Shown here piece by piece: positions 25,701 through 37,594 of a DNA stretch of 64,000 nucleotides. Under the pieces are notes generated by a model, which saw nothing but the letters and a program-made list of their open reading frames with translations, made no database searches and was not told where the DNA came from. The position numbers were made by a program, and so were the translations under genes. Where the stretch lies: NCBI GenBank assembly GCA_000708835.1, contig DF236965.1, forward strand, positions 186,001-250,000, written 5' to 3'. Position 1 is the first letter of the stretch, and every line of letters starts with the position of its first letter. Source of the stretch: Klebsormidium nitens. Its lineage: Eukaryota > Plantae > Klebsormidiophyceae.

Positions 25701-28700
25701 GCGCCCAAAGGGCGGGTGTACCAGAAGCAAAGGTGAGCTGCGCTATCATTCCGATCTCACAAAGTGCCTAGGGCACGTGGCGTGCTGTTCTGCTCTCTTC
25801 CTTAGATACCTCGTATTTGCTGTTCTGTAGTCGTCTTTACTGACAAAGGCTGCGGTTCCTAGACAAAATGCTCGGAAACTCTAGGAGGAACTGCCTATGA
25901 GCTCCGAACCCAATCCTCGAGATACGCTCCCAAATTCGCATCGCTGTCCGTAAGATTTTCGGAGCCTCATACCGCCGAATAAGTCCTTCGCTGAACCAGT
26001 CTCTACATGGTTTGGACTTGTTGATCATTCTCCTTCCGCTTTGAGTTTTCCGTTCGTTAGCAGAAAGCTAATTTTGTGGGCAGTCAAAGAAGTCTTTTTC
26101 AAAATCTCGCTTTTCACAGGCTAGAGCCCATCCGCATTGTCCTCGCGGGTGGCGACGGCAGCCTGCACTACGCAGTGGCTGCCTACGTGGGCCTGCTGTA
26201 CGCGAGCAGCGACGGGGGCACTGCCGCAGGGGGCACGTCCAGCAGCGAGATGCTGAACGCAGTCGGTAAGGCAATTTTGGGTAGGGTACTTAAGGCTTTG
26301 CATTTTCAGTGGCTTGGAACAGCTCGGTTGATCTGGACGCACGTGTTGATGCGCGAGTGCTATGACCAAAGTGCTGGATGAAGGGAAGCCCGCTGTCCTG
26401 GAGGATAAGTCTACAACCTGCGCTGAATTGGTAGATTCGCCTCCGCATATACTTGGTGGCGGCAGCAAGCTAACGATGGATACCCATAAGTCGGTGAAGT
26501 CTACGAAGCGCAGGTCTGACTTTGGGACGCATGTCGATTAGAGTCCAATAGACGATGACATGCGTTTCTGCTTGACTTGAAACGGCTCTTGACCTGCCCT
26601 GAATGAGCCGAAATCTTCGCAGAGTTGCGGTTCTACATCGTCCCGTGTGGCGAGAGCAACGTGCTGGCGTCGTACCTGGCTCAGGAGGACATTTGGTACG
26701 GTTCCGGATCGACGCTCTGTTAAGAAGCCGCTTGAGCCGGTCGTGGGTCCTCTTATTTTATGTAGCAGTCTTCACGGATCTAACATTGAGCGACGGTCAG
26801 CGCCCTTCTGACGTCACCGACTTTTGCGACTGGTTTCTCCTGAGAGCTTTCGTTGCCGCGGTCGAGCTTTGGAGAAAAAACAGATAAGCAAGCGTAGGAA
26901 ACTAGAATCACGAAGGCACCCGTAACCTTCTCGGTTCCTGTAAAGATGATTTCCGGATGGAGCTTTTCTCCACCATCTGAAACGGAAGATCACGTGCGTC
27001 TGGATACAAAAGATTTTTTTAATGCGCCGGCCGACTTATTCTCGTGGTCACTAGCTAGACGATGATTCCAGCGCAACCTGAATCTGCTGCCCACTCTGGC
27101 CCGTACCTTCGCCTTTAATCACTCTTCTCACACACGTCCGTTCTTTCACAGGTACTACGCCAACACGTACCTCCCCGTGCAGAGCCCCCTCCCCATCATC
27201 CCCCACGTGGGCCACATGACCCCCGGCTCCACAACCGCGCGCGCGCCTCTCGCGCTCAACCGCCCCAGCACCCTGCAGCCCCAAAAGTCCCAGCCCTCCG
27301 TGCCTCCATCCACGTCATCCGTCCACTCCTTTGCCAAGCGCTCCTCTCCCCCAGCCTCGTTTCTCCAGCAGCCAACGCCCGGGGGATCCCTTTCAGGGAG
27401 CCTATCCAGCTCCGGGTCCGGCATTTCTCCCCAACCGGGCGGCCCCGGCTCGCCCTTCCAGTCGAGGCCGACGTCAGTCGCCGCCTCGTTCTCCCCCGAA
27501 CGTTTCCAGGGGGCACGTGGCAGCTCGCCATTCGCCCCCATCGCGGCGTACCCTTCGCAGCAAAGCACCGCTCCGGGGGCGGTCCCTCCAGGAGCAGCAA
27601 CTCCCCGAAACGTGCAGACGGCGACCGCGGCAGTGAGCGGCAATGCAGAAGGTGTTAAGGCGCCGGCTGAGGAGGTCGCCGAAAGCGCGCCGGCGGCCAA
27701 GCAGCCGCTGCGGTTCAGCCAGAGGCTGCCGCTGACTCGGAAGACGAAGGCGCAGGGCCGGAAGTCGACAGTGAAAGGGGCGGACGGCAGCGCGACTGTG
27801 AGACCGCGTCATATGACTCCATAGCGCCCTCCCTTTCAAAAGCTGTTGGCACCGAATTTCATCAGAAAGCTCGAGTGGCTTCAAGGATTCGAAAGCTCTT
27901 TAAAGTTCTGTTGTCGTTTGGTGCGGCTGCAGCATGCGGCTGCAGCATGCGTAACGAGATTGAAAGCGGACCTAATCTTAGAGCGTGCTCGAGCTGTGGT
28001 AAAGCATGAAAATCAGAAGCGTTCTTCTTCCGCCTTCCCGAATTGCCACTGAAATCATCTTGCAAGACCGCCGAGTTTTACACGGTACAGGGTTGCTCAC
28101 CTTTCCCACTGCAGTGATTGTTGGCACTGAGCGGACATGTTTATTCCACAGGCCGAAACGCCGATTTTTCAATTCACTAGGCAAATAGAAAACCTGGTGC
28201 GAGAAGCGGAGGTGCCGGTGAGAGTCAGCATCTTCAACTGCGAGGGCTGGTTCAAAAACGGTGAGGCTTCTGGCGCTTGAACAAGTCCCTTGCTGCGAGA
28301 CAGGTGACCGATTCCAGGAGGCGAAGCGCGTATGGTGTTCCTTCGTGAAGCAAGCACTCTTTTTTTGGTCTGTGAATGCATCTCAATTCGCCTTCGTTGC
28401 TCGGCTCTAGATGGGCATAGAAGAAGGCTTCAATGGCGGGCAGGATTGCGCCCCGAATGTCATGAAATGTGCGACGAAATGCTGCCGCAGCCTCACCATA
28501 ACTCAAAACGGCGGTGCTTCTGTCTTATACGGACTGTGGAGCGAGCCTGTAAGTTCGGTTATCCACTGAGGTACTATCCTCCACCATAACGTCAACCGGC
28601 TATACACTTTATTTGGCTATAACGTCCACAAGCTTATGGTCATCCGTACTACGGGGTTTCGCGTGCAGGCAAGAAGAACCACCACTGCACGCTGCTGTTC

Positions 28701-30088
28701 TTCTCCCGGGCCGAGATCGGGCTGAGTGCAGTGGTGGCGACGCAGGGGGAAGACAAGCAGTCCGCCAGCAACTACCAGAGCGTGCCTCGGCGCGCGTCCG
28801 TCGGGCTGTCAAGCACGCAGGGCCAAGAAAGCCTGGAAACGCTCTCGAAGACGTTCAGGATGGGAGCCGAGATTACGCTGCAACAGGTAATCAAGCTCGT
28901 CTCGCCACTCTAGATAATTTGGATTTGTTGAAATGACTGTGCTATGTCGCAGACTTTCTGCTTGCTTTTGGATTGCGAAGAAGTGGGGAATCGGCACAGC
29001 GTCCAGTATTTGCCAACGGCGGGTCAGTTGGCTTCTTGACTGTAGTTATCCGTGATTCTGTCGATGAGCTACTGCGGTCCGCGTCAGGCCGCTTTTGTTC
29101 GCAACTCGGTTTCAGTTATCCTGGACATCCTTTCTTAAACGAAGAACGTAGTCAGAAGTATGGCGTGGGGCCATACGAACTGAGAGCTCTTTCGTTACTG
29201 CCCCCTCGTTACGATCGCTCTAGCGGCTGATGGTTACGACAGTGACCTAACAGAGCCAAATGGTTTTCTGGGCAACATAGAATGGTCAAAATGTTTTTGC
29301 CGCAGGTGACGCCATATGGGGAGGAGAGTGACGAAGTCGTCAAGATTGACAGCAAGGCGGTCTCTGCGATCGTGGCCGTCAACGTGCCGCGACCGGGCGA
29401 GCAGCGGCTGGGCGCTAACCCGTGCACTGACACGCTGGAGATGTGCCTCGTCGACGCCGATGCGGTGAGGCGACAGCTTGGTTTATTAGAAAAAGCAGCA
29501 TTTGACGAAGTTTGATTTGCCTCGGGAAGATTTGCGCTTGCACACGGCATGTAAAGTTGAGCCTCAGGAGAGGAAGAAGTGGCCATCGCTAAAGGGAGAT
29601 TCAAGGCATGCCACTCTTTGATTGAACGTGAAAATCGCAGGTATTAAGCAGGTTGTAAGGCTGACTAAATCAGAGTGGAGGCTCGTGTATGTTAAGATGC
29701 CCTTTCTGCGCGGAGAGGAAAACCATGGGAGAGCACAATCTGCACCGTCTTTTGACGCCTTCTTTTCTCAGCCGATCTGATCTCTGGCACCGTCCCGTCC
29801 AGCGTACCGTGATCCTATCGTGGCAAATTAAAAGAAAGCGTTGACATTTTGCAGCGGAGTCGCCGCCGTTTGCGGTCTATTGACGACCTACTGGACGGAG
29901 CGTCGTGCTATCACTCCAACAAACTGGTCGTTGAAGCGTCCGACTTCTCCAAGCCATTCCACGTGTTATTAGATGGAGAGGTGTACGGGCCGTTTTACAG
30001 GATCCGCATCACCCCATGCCGATCGCCCAAGAATCGAAGCGAGATTCTACGCTTTCCGGTCATGACGTACTTGCCCATTGTGCAATAG
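19723..30088 (+). CDS. Large multi-exon protein similar to PI3K class IB regulatory subunits p101/p84 (PIK3R5/PIK3R6 family); start codon tentative
   Basis: Phase-compatible exons from about 22020 to the stop at 30088 give, in order: DDDMLTQLSTAVSSLYFWPNPVGKYAAETLHLIAREQRSPG, RRKVTVLLNS, IRIVLAGGDGSLHYAVAAY, LRFYIVPCGESNVLASYLAQEDIWY, QIENLVREAEVPVRVSIFNCE, RAEIGLSA, EITLQQV and SKPFHVLLDGEVYGPFYRIRITPC...LRFPVMTYLPIVQ. These are colinear with recalled human p101 blocks. The exons before about 21300 (MASK|AASLLL...) are less certain. Confidence 0.75.
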
Positions 30089-30563
30089 ATAAACAGAGGT
30101 GCTGAAGGTAGGAGATTAGTTATCAACACAACATGCTTTTGCAGCTGGGATTAAAGCGTGACTATCTAAGTCACGTTGGAAAGAAAGATTGGGCAAACGA
30201 TCTCGAATACTACTTTAGATATTCGGGTTCCGGAAACAAGCCATTCGCATCTTTCGGATAAACTACAATAATGTGAGGACGGTAGGAAGTAGATGTATGA
30301 CTGAGAAGCACGCTGAGCGAGCGGTTTAGCTTCATTGAAACGAGGTGTTGCAGATTCAGATGATGAAGAACACAGATGACGTTGTTTAGCTTGTCCTGAC
30401 AGTGCCCTTTGGAACGAGGCGTGAAACCAACGGAAATATCGCGATAGACGTACATATGCTTCAACTTCAAAAAGATGCAAATGTAGTATCGCTTCTGCAT
30501 ATTCCCTTCCTTGATGTTTGCTGGGCAAAGAAAGCTCCATTAGTCCACTCGTGCAATAGACTG

Positions 30564-32638
30564 TCATGACTCAAGAACGTCTCCTTCAAGTGCACCCCCT
30601 TTCGACGCAAGATATTGAACCATCAGCCAGCATCGATCACATACGTGTGAGAGGCCCAAAAGATCATTCAGGTCGACGGTCGGAAAACTGTATGCTAACA
30701 GCTGAAAGTTCTAATCCTTCACTCATCCGCTAAAAGCGAGCGCAGACTCTCTGCCGTCTATACATGCTGCTAATCAGGACACCGGTGAAAGTCCATGTTC
30801 CATTGGACTGCATCAAGGAACACCGTTTGTAGGGCTAAGCTGACCTCGCGTAAGAGCTGAAGAACTTCTCGATGTTCTTAGCCTGCTCAGGCGACAAGTC
30901 CGTGCACCTTAGGATTGCTTCCCCGTTTGAAGATGAAATCTGTGCCAGCGAACCAATCCCGTCTATGAGCTGCACAACAGAAAGTAGGAATTTACTGCGA
31001 AGAAAGACAGCAGCAGCCTTTTAGCCTTGACAACTGTCAACTGATGTACCGTCCGTATTCCAGTTTTTGTGTGCTTCAGGCATCCAGTATCCAAATCATG
31101 AAGCAGCAGCGTGCGGGTAGTATGCCTGACGGCAACTTTGCCAAACGGCCGTCAACTTAGAGAAGCGGTGAGGATGCCTCTGCCATCTTGGCACCGCGGA
31201 TTGAATTCCAAATATTAGGTAGCTCGCTAACTTACTGAAAGCGCTTCGTGCACTTCGATCCCTGGTATGGTTGTCAGGACTGCAACGACTGCATCGGAGG
31301 ACTGTACAATATCTTCCATCTGTCGCGCAAAAGAACTGCCCTCTTCAGAAAAAGTATGCAGCGCAATTGCACGTCGGGGCACGGGAGGCAAAAGTAAGAC
31401 TGCGCAACTCTTGGATTCTTGTTCAGATGATACAGAAGCGGATATGCGTCCGATGCAGTGAGTTTGGAGTTCACCTCTTGCTGAAAACGAGGCACTGTTG
31501 CCTGCTCCTTGCAATCTGCATCCAATGGTTAGGGCGGCCATAAGTTTTGAACAATGAAATCTCACTCATCGAGAAATAGCGATTAAAGAAGAAGAAGCGG
31601 ACCAAATTCCAGACATCATTCCAGCGTGCTTATAATTACAAGCTCACACAGCCTGGACCATGTTTATATGAAGCAGGGGTTTGGAAGCCCTGAAATCTGT
31701 AGCATGTTTTCTTGATTAGTCTCCTTACCTGCATGAGCTCCAACAATGCTAACTATGCACTGTGCAAGATCGGTGGCAGAGGAGATTGCCAGAACGGCTG
31801 GTCTGCCAGGACTTCCCTCCGCACAGCTGCATGTGACCGAACTGCCCTGGTGTGAACGCTTACCGAAAAGCTAAGACTAGTCACACCCAGCAAAGCACAA
31901 CGGAGTACAATTTCAATGAAGTCATTTGAGGGCGAGGGATTCAACATGAGGGAACAGGAGGTCAAGTAAACCAAAGGACTCGCACCGGGTGTTTGCGTAC
32001 ACTCACGTGAAGCAGACGTCAGCGAAGTTCGCGTAGGCTTGCTGGTTGTGATCTCCGACTGATGACAGAATGTAGGAAAACTGGAAACCTCCAGCCATTT
32101 TCTCAATTCTAGCAAGATAACGGAAAGAGGGTCAACGACTACTTAAAACAGACAAAGTGATTAGCTCGAAGTGTTGCTGTAGCATTGTTTGGTTCTACTA
32201 AAGACAGAAGGTCAGGCGTATGTATAGGCATTGTGAATTACGTCTCTTCATGAGAAACCTAGAGGCTGAGTGTCTCACCTTTCCTTAGTTGCCGCGATCC
32301 CAACACTTTGGGCATCACTGACGAAGATGAAAGCAACAGAAACACCTCGAGAAGATACTATCAGGTCCTGCAAGACGAACGGAAGACTTCAGCGAATTCA
32401 ACACCGTTGGATTCAAAGAACCCCCATATCCATCTCAAACAAGCCTTCTGCAGATTGAGTATCACGGGGCCGAACAAGAGAACTGTGCTTCCACCCAAAA
32501 AAGGCAGAAAAGGAAGGCGCTGACCGGGATGATTCTTGTGACCTTGATCTTGAAACCTGCCGCTCCAATGGATGCGACAGCAGCTCTCTGCTCGAGTTGC
32601 CAGGACTCGCTTATGATGCAGACACCCGGAGTCGTCAT
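30564..32638 (-). CDS. PTD: PARTING DANCERS (ERCC1-like meiotic crossover protein, SPO16 counterpart)
   Basis: Exons 32638-32525, 32367-32279, 32108-32007, 31826-31729, 31342-31236 and 30969-30845 join in phase. They give MTTPGVCIISESWQLEQ...IIPDLIVSSRGVSVAFIFV...PGRPAVLAISS...VLTTIPGIEVHEALSLIDGIGSLAQI...TDLSPEQAKNIEKFF, matching recalled Arabidopsis PTD ([65 protein letters not shown]). The end is uncertain: read-through stop at 30835, or an extra exon ending at 30564. Confidence 0.8.
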
Positions 32639-34408
32639 GGTTGCCCCTCACTTCAGCGATCGAGGATCTGCAGATGCCCTTATTGCACAATGTTCTCAAT
32701 CTCATAATAAACTAGAGCTCCAGCTTGCCAGCTGACTGCAGTCGATTAATATTATGCTTAACCCCAGATTTAGAAGGTGAATGATTGGATTTTATGATGG
32801 ATTTAGCAGCCAAATCCTCATTAAGACTTGACCTGTCCCAAGGAACGAAACCGGTGAAGCAAAGACTAGACTTCTGCTGAGACCTAAGGCCGAACAATCA
32901 GCCGGAATGCAGATTGAGCATCATTGACATCGAGGTTCGCAGGCGCAACCCCATGCAAGACAACCCTTGCTGACGTTTCCAGGGAACGCGAATGTGGCTC
33001 GCTGACGGGATGATTATCTTGAGTACGAAAAACCACTCTTAGTGATGACGACCGTCGAATTCAGGAATAACTAGCGGAGATTAAAAGCTCCTGACTAACA
33101 CTGAAAACCTAACCTAATTTGCCTGCCTCGCACCAGTACCTACCCTGAATCACAAACTATTCTCACCTGTTTCAGGATGGGGAGCTTATTAGCTTCGCTG
33201 CTTAATGTTCCTAGAGGATGAGCGGCGCAGAATATCTACAGGAACATCCACAGACTTGCACTTGCAAGGTTTTTCGTAACCTTCAAGCTTTGCAGTACTT
33301 CACCTTTCCCTCGATTCGAAAGCGTTGACGACTTTGACGGAGGACCTGGCAGCGACTTAGTTCTTGGCTGCTCGAGGCTTTTAAAGCCTTCGATGTGGAT
33401 TGCTGGGCGGCGAACCCAGTTGCAAGGCTTCCCAGTCAATTTTCGAAATGGTGTGACGGCCTTCTCAAGTCCAAAGCAAGGTTTGGAGGCCGATGCGACA
33501 CTCCTGCAAGAAGACTTGCGCAGCCGTGGCCCCTCAGAAGTACAAGCAGCAGCATAAAAGCAAATAGACGGCAAAGAAGGCTGTAGTTTCGAGGACGGTA
33601 TTTGAAATGGCCGCCCTTTTAGATAGGCCTTCATACACGAGATCGACTTGGCCGTGAACACAGCCACACGACATTAACGCACAGACCTCGCATAGAGGCA
33701 ATTATAGCTTGAGACTCGGACTACTGAGACATCGAATCAAGTTCGCAAACGATCGTTTCTATGTTTTGATCTCCACACGTCTATCATGCAGCTCGCGCTA
33801 CCCAGTCATTGCCTGTCATTGCTTATAATTTGCTCGTCACAAAGATCATAGTAGGCTGCTTTTTTTGGTGATTAACGAACGGACGCACCAAGTTACTCTC
33901 TTGCTGTCTCTTGCTCGACGGATTGCAAGCTTGCCATGTTGAAGTACTGGTCGAGTTCGCTGTTATCAAACTTCCGATCCAAAAATCCATCTTGTGATCA
34001 GTCTGCCGCCGTCGGCACTGGTTTCTCCAGGGCGACGAACGGCCGCAACGTGGTCCCAAGCACAGAATATGACGATAAACATTTATGGAAGCATGGCACA
34101 AGAAGCAGTTGAACAAAGCTCGCGAAGCTGAAGATCAGGTGCTCTTTTTTGAGTTACGGCATGCCAGGCAATGCCAGGCGTCCGACCTCACGTCTGAGGC
34201 TGTCTTCCTGCGCCATGATCGGGACGGCCGACGCCGTTGGATTCGAAGACGCTGCAAGCTGCATATCGAGCCGTCGATGCGGTCTGTGCGAATCGAACGG
34301 GTCCGAAGGAGTAGTGTCTAGAGTTATGCAGGACTGCCAGCGCTGGTTTTGCAGTTCCGACAGCCTTTTCAGCTTTGTTTAGCTTCAATGTTCGGATAGC
34401 TGAAGGCC

Positions 34409-36353
34409 ATGGCGTCTGCATGCGCTTTGGCAGCCACATTGCCCCTGTCTTTCGTGCAAAATTCGCAGGGGCTCCACTCCACTTCAACCAATCAGCAGAA
34501 AGGGGTGCTGTCAGCTAAATTCTTTGCAAAACGGCACACAAGTTTTGAAGCTTTTGATGGAGATAGGAGTGTCCTCCAGATAATGCCCGGGTTCCACAAG
34601 AAAGCAATGCTGCGAAATGGTCAGGGAGTACCCCGCGCGGCTGTGACCGACTCGTCAGCAACTGCAGCGACAGGAGCTGACACCAGAGCGCTGGTGGAGT
34701 CACTTTTGACAAAAGTGAGGAGTTTTGCCACTCGTTGAGATCTTTCTCAGCGAACTTGCTGATTAAGGAGTGTGCGCTTCGGTTTGTCACCCTTTTGTAT
34801 TGACCTTTATGCACGCCTTTATGAATTCTGATGCATTCCTCTCACTGAAGGAGCGACAAGCTGTTCTTACGAAACAGCGTGTAAGAGGACATTGTGTCGG
34901 TACTTTGAGTAAAACCCCAAGTGGAGCACCCAAGCTGGGGAGGAAGTGGTCTCAGCGACTTTTGAGGTGGAAACTTCTGCTACCACGACCCCCTTCTAGC
35001 TTCATCTAGTTGTGGGCAGCTGAGCTGCAGCTGAATCGCTTCGACTCTCTAGAAGCACTCCTGTGACACAGTTTGAGACTCATACCTCACTTTTGGCTGC
35101 ATTCATATTGCCTAAGGGGTCGTTAGCAGAAGACGCGTCGTGCAGTCCAATTGTCGATTCACTGCCAGCCCTTAGGTGTCGTTGTACCGCACCTGTTCAC
35201 CAGCCTCAAAGGTTTCATCATCTGATCGCCCTGAGTGTGGTGGCATTAATGTCAGTTGGGGACCCTGTAAAAGTCTGTTGTCAACCAAGTGCAGATTATC
35301 CAGCCAGGCTTTGAGGAGATATAGTCTTCACTTTGCAGATTGCAAACACGGACAGAGGTGCGGCCATGACAGAAGAGCAGAAGGCGGAAGCTGCGCGTTT
35401 GATTGCACAATTAGAGAAAGTGGGGACAAAGGACCCACTCAAGGACCCACGGATCTTTGGAGGTCAGTTCTGAAAGAAAGAGCTGGCCTTTTTGCACTAA
35501 AAGAAGGAGTTTGACTTGGTGCGTCGTCCATTTGCTGCCAAAAGCTCTAAGGTGTGTTTTACAAGTTATAATGAAAGCAGCGATCTGGCTCAATACGTGC
35601 TTTTGTGCCCTGAGGAGAGTTCAACTCACAAAAGAACAAAACGGACGCCCTGCTATAAGCAAGTTTGCTATTGCGCCCTCAAAGTGATTGAAATGTCAAA
35701 TTTGCCTTCTCTGGATTCCCTGCAGATTGGGAGGTGGTTTACTCGTCAAACCCGACATCGTCTGGGGGTAGCTTTCGTAGCACTCTTGGAAGAACCGTGT
35801 TGAAGACTCGGGACATGGTCCAGGCGGTCAAGGAGCCTAACGTGGTGGGCAACCAGGTCGCCTTCAATGCTTTGGGAGTTATCCCTGGAGAAGTAACGCT
35901 AGAAGGTAAGCTCTCCGTCTCGTATGGTTGCATCTGCTCTTCCGATCTTCATACTTGCATTCTAGCTACACATACAAATGCACGAGTCTGAAGGCTTTGC
36001 AGTTCCAAGAGACCACCATATCCGATCCAATTTATCAAAATGTCTGTGATATTTTTGGCAAGCACGCTAACAGCAAGCCAGCTTCTTTACTTCTTTCCGC
36101 TTAGTGAATTGCTCGTCCTTCACTTGACGTTCTCTGCATAACGCGTTCGCTTGATGCCTGAACAGGAACTTTGACTACAGATGATTACATATGGGCAGAT
36201 GTTAAGTTTAAACGGCCAACTTTCAAGCTGGGACCATTTTCGTTTTCATTTGGAGGTGACAGCTCAGTCCGGCTGGCCACGACTTACCTAGACGAGAGAA
36301 TTAGACTTGGCAAGGGAAGTAGAGGGTCCTCATTTGTCTTCAAAAGGAAGTGA
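34409..36353 (+). CDS. FBN6: Plastid fibrillin / plastid-lipid-associated protein, FBN6 (PAP8) type
   Basis: Exons 34409-34714, 35339-35462, 35726-35905 and 36166-36353. A transit-peptide-like N-terminus is followed by LVESLLTKIANTDRG...KDPRIFGDWEVVYSSNPTSSGGSFRSTLGR...TTYLDERIRLGKGSRGSSFVFKRK, matching recalled At5g19940. Confidence 0.88.
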
Positions 36354-37594
36354 GGTATTGCACTGAACAGTTATACAAAAGCACGCAATAATCGTTTTTC
36401 TGAGAGTGAGTCAACTTTGACGTGTTGGCGCATGGCATTCGGGCGCAGAGCTGAGTGTAAATGTGTTTTCTTTGAACGTGACACGAGAGCTTTGTCGCAG
36501 ATTATGTAATATAAGTTCTCTGTGTCTGAAAAAGTGCTCTGAGTCTATTGTTTTAGATCACTATCCAGCACCGTCCCGGCGCTCAGCAACTGGTTGAATT
36601 CGATAATCGTTTTGAAACTTCAAACGCATGTGATCTCAATTGCATTAGTGTGGCCGTCGTGACTCGGAATATTCACAATACAATGGGCCCATACCTATGA
36701 ATCGTATGTATATCTAAACATAGATCCCAGCATGGAACGTTTTCATGTTGCGTGGTACATGAGGCCGTGCCGCCGTAGATATACATTCCGCAAGTGGTAT
36801 ATGCGTACTCACATACATGTGCACTAGCTGCAGCTAAATAGCGGCTTGCGCATGAAGTGAATGATATATGCCACGGCATGTTAAATTGGTTCTTACATGT
36901 GCAGTAGATTGAATTGCATTCAAAAGACTCAATTGCTTATAAGCGGCTGTTATCATGATCGACTCAATTGCATATACGGCTAGGTTACGGCACCATGGCG
37001 AATTGAGTCGAATTGAGTTGGCTTTAGCCATGATGCAGCCATGTAACGATCACAGCAAGTGACTGCATCAGTTACAAGAGCGCCTGATCACAATCTTAGA
37101 ACTTTGACAGCTATTGCGTGATCATTCCTTCGTAACCAATGAATGACTGTTAAGTAATACTTGAATGCGTTCGTTGTTGCTCGTGAATTGAACCTGAATC
37201 ACCCAGCAGTGGGCCAGGAAACTCCGCACGCAGTTGATTCATGCATTCGAGTCTGGACAAACATGACACTAAGTGCGTCTCAGTTTCAGTTACGCAACGC
37301 AAGGACTTTCGTTTGAAAGCTTGGTTTTGCAGGTCAGAAGGGGACTCTTTAAAACGTGACTGGTTGTCTTCCAGCAAGACTGCTCAAACATTCCACAAAT
37401 ATCCCATGACAATATAAGGTGGGTGATGCACACACAATCAAGTTCTTGATTGACTCATAAATGGCAATATGAAAGAGAAACACAGTTGTTGATCTTAACA
37501 GTAGCTTGAGAATCCATGCGAACCAAGAAGAGGAGCATTCCAAATGTCCAACCATAGCTGTTGCAGTAATATACAATCTACTAACGAAACCTTC

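Noticed and set aside
31040-31130. Exon-like HTTRTLLLHDLDTGCLKH segment in a PTD intron
   Set aside because: The flanking PTD exons join directly in phase (HEALS|LIDGIG) and match the reference without it.
33236-33667. 143-aa minus-strand ORF upstream of PTD
   Set aside because: No recognisable homology, and an in-frame stop precedes the PTD ATG. Possibly 5' UTR or a uORF, but not supportable as a gene.
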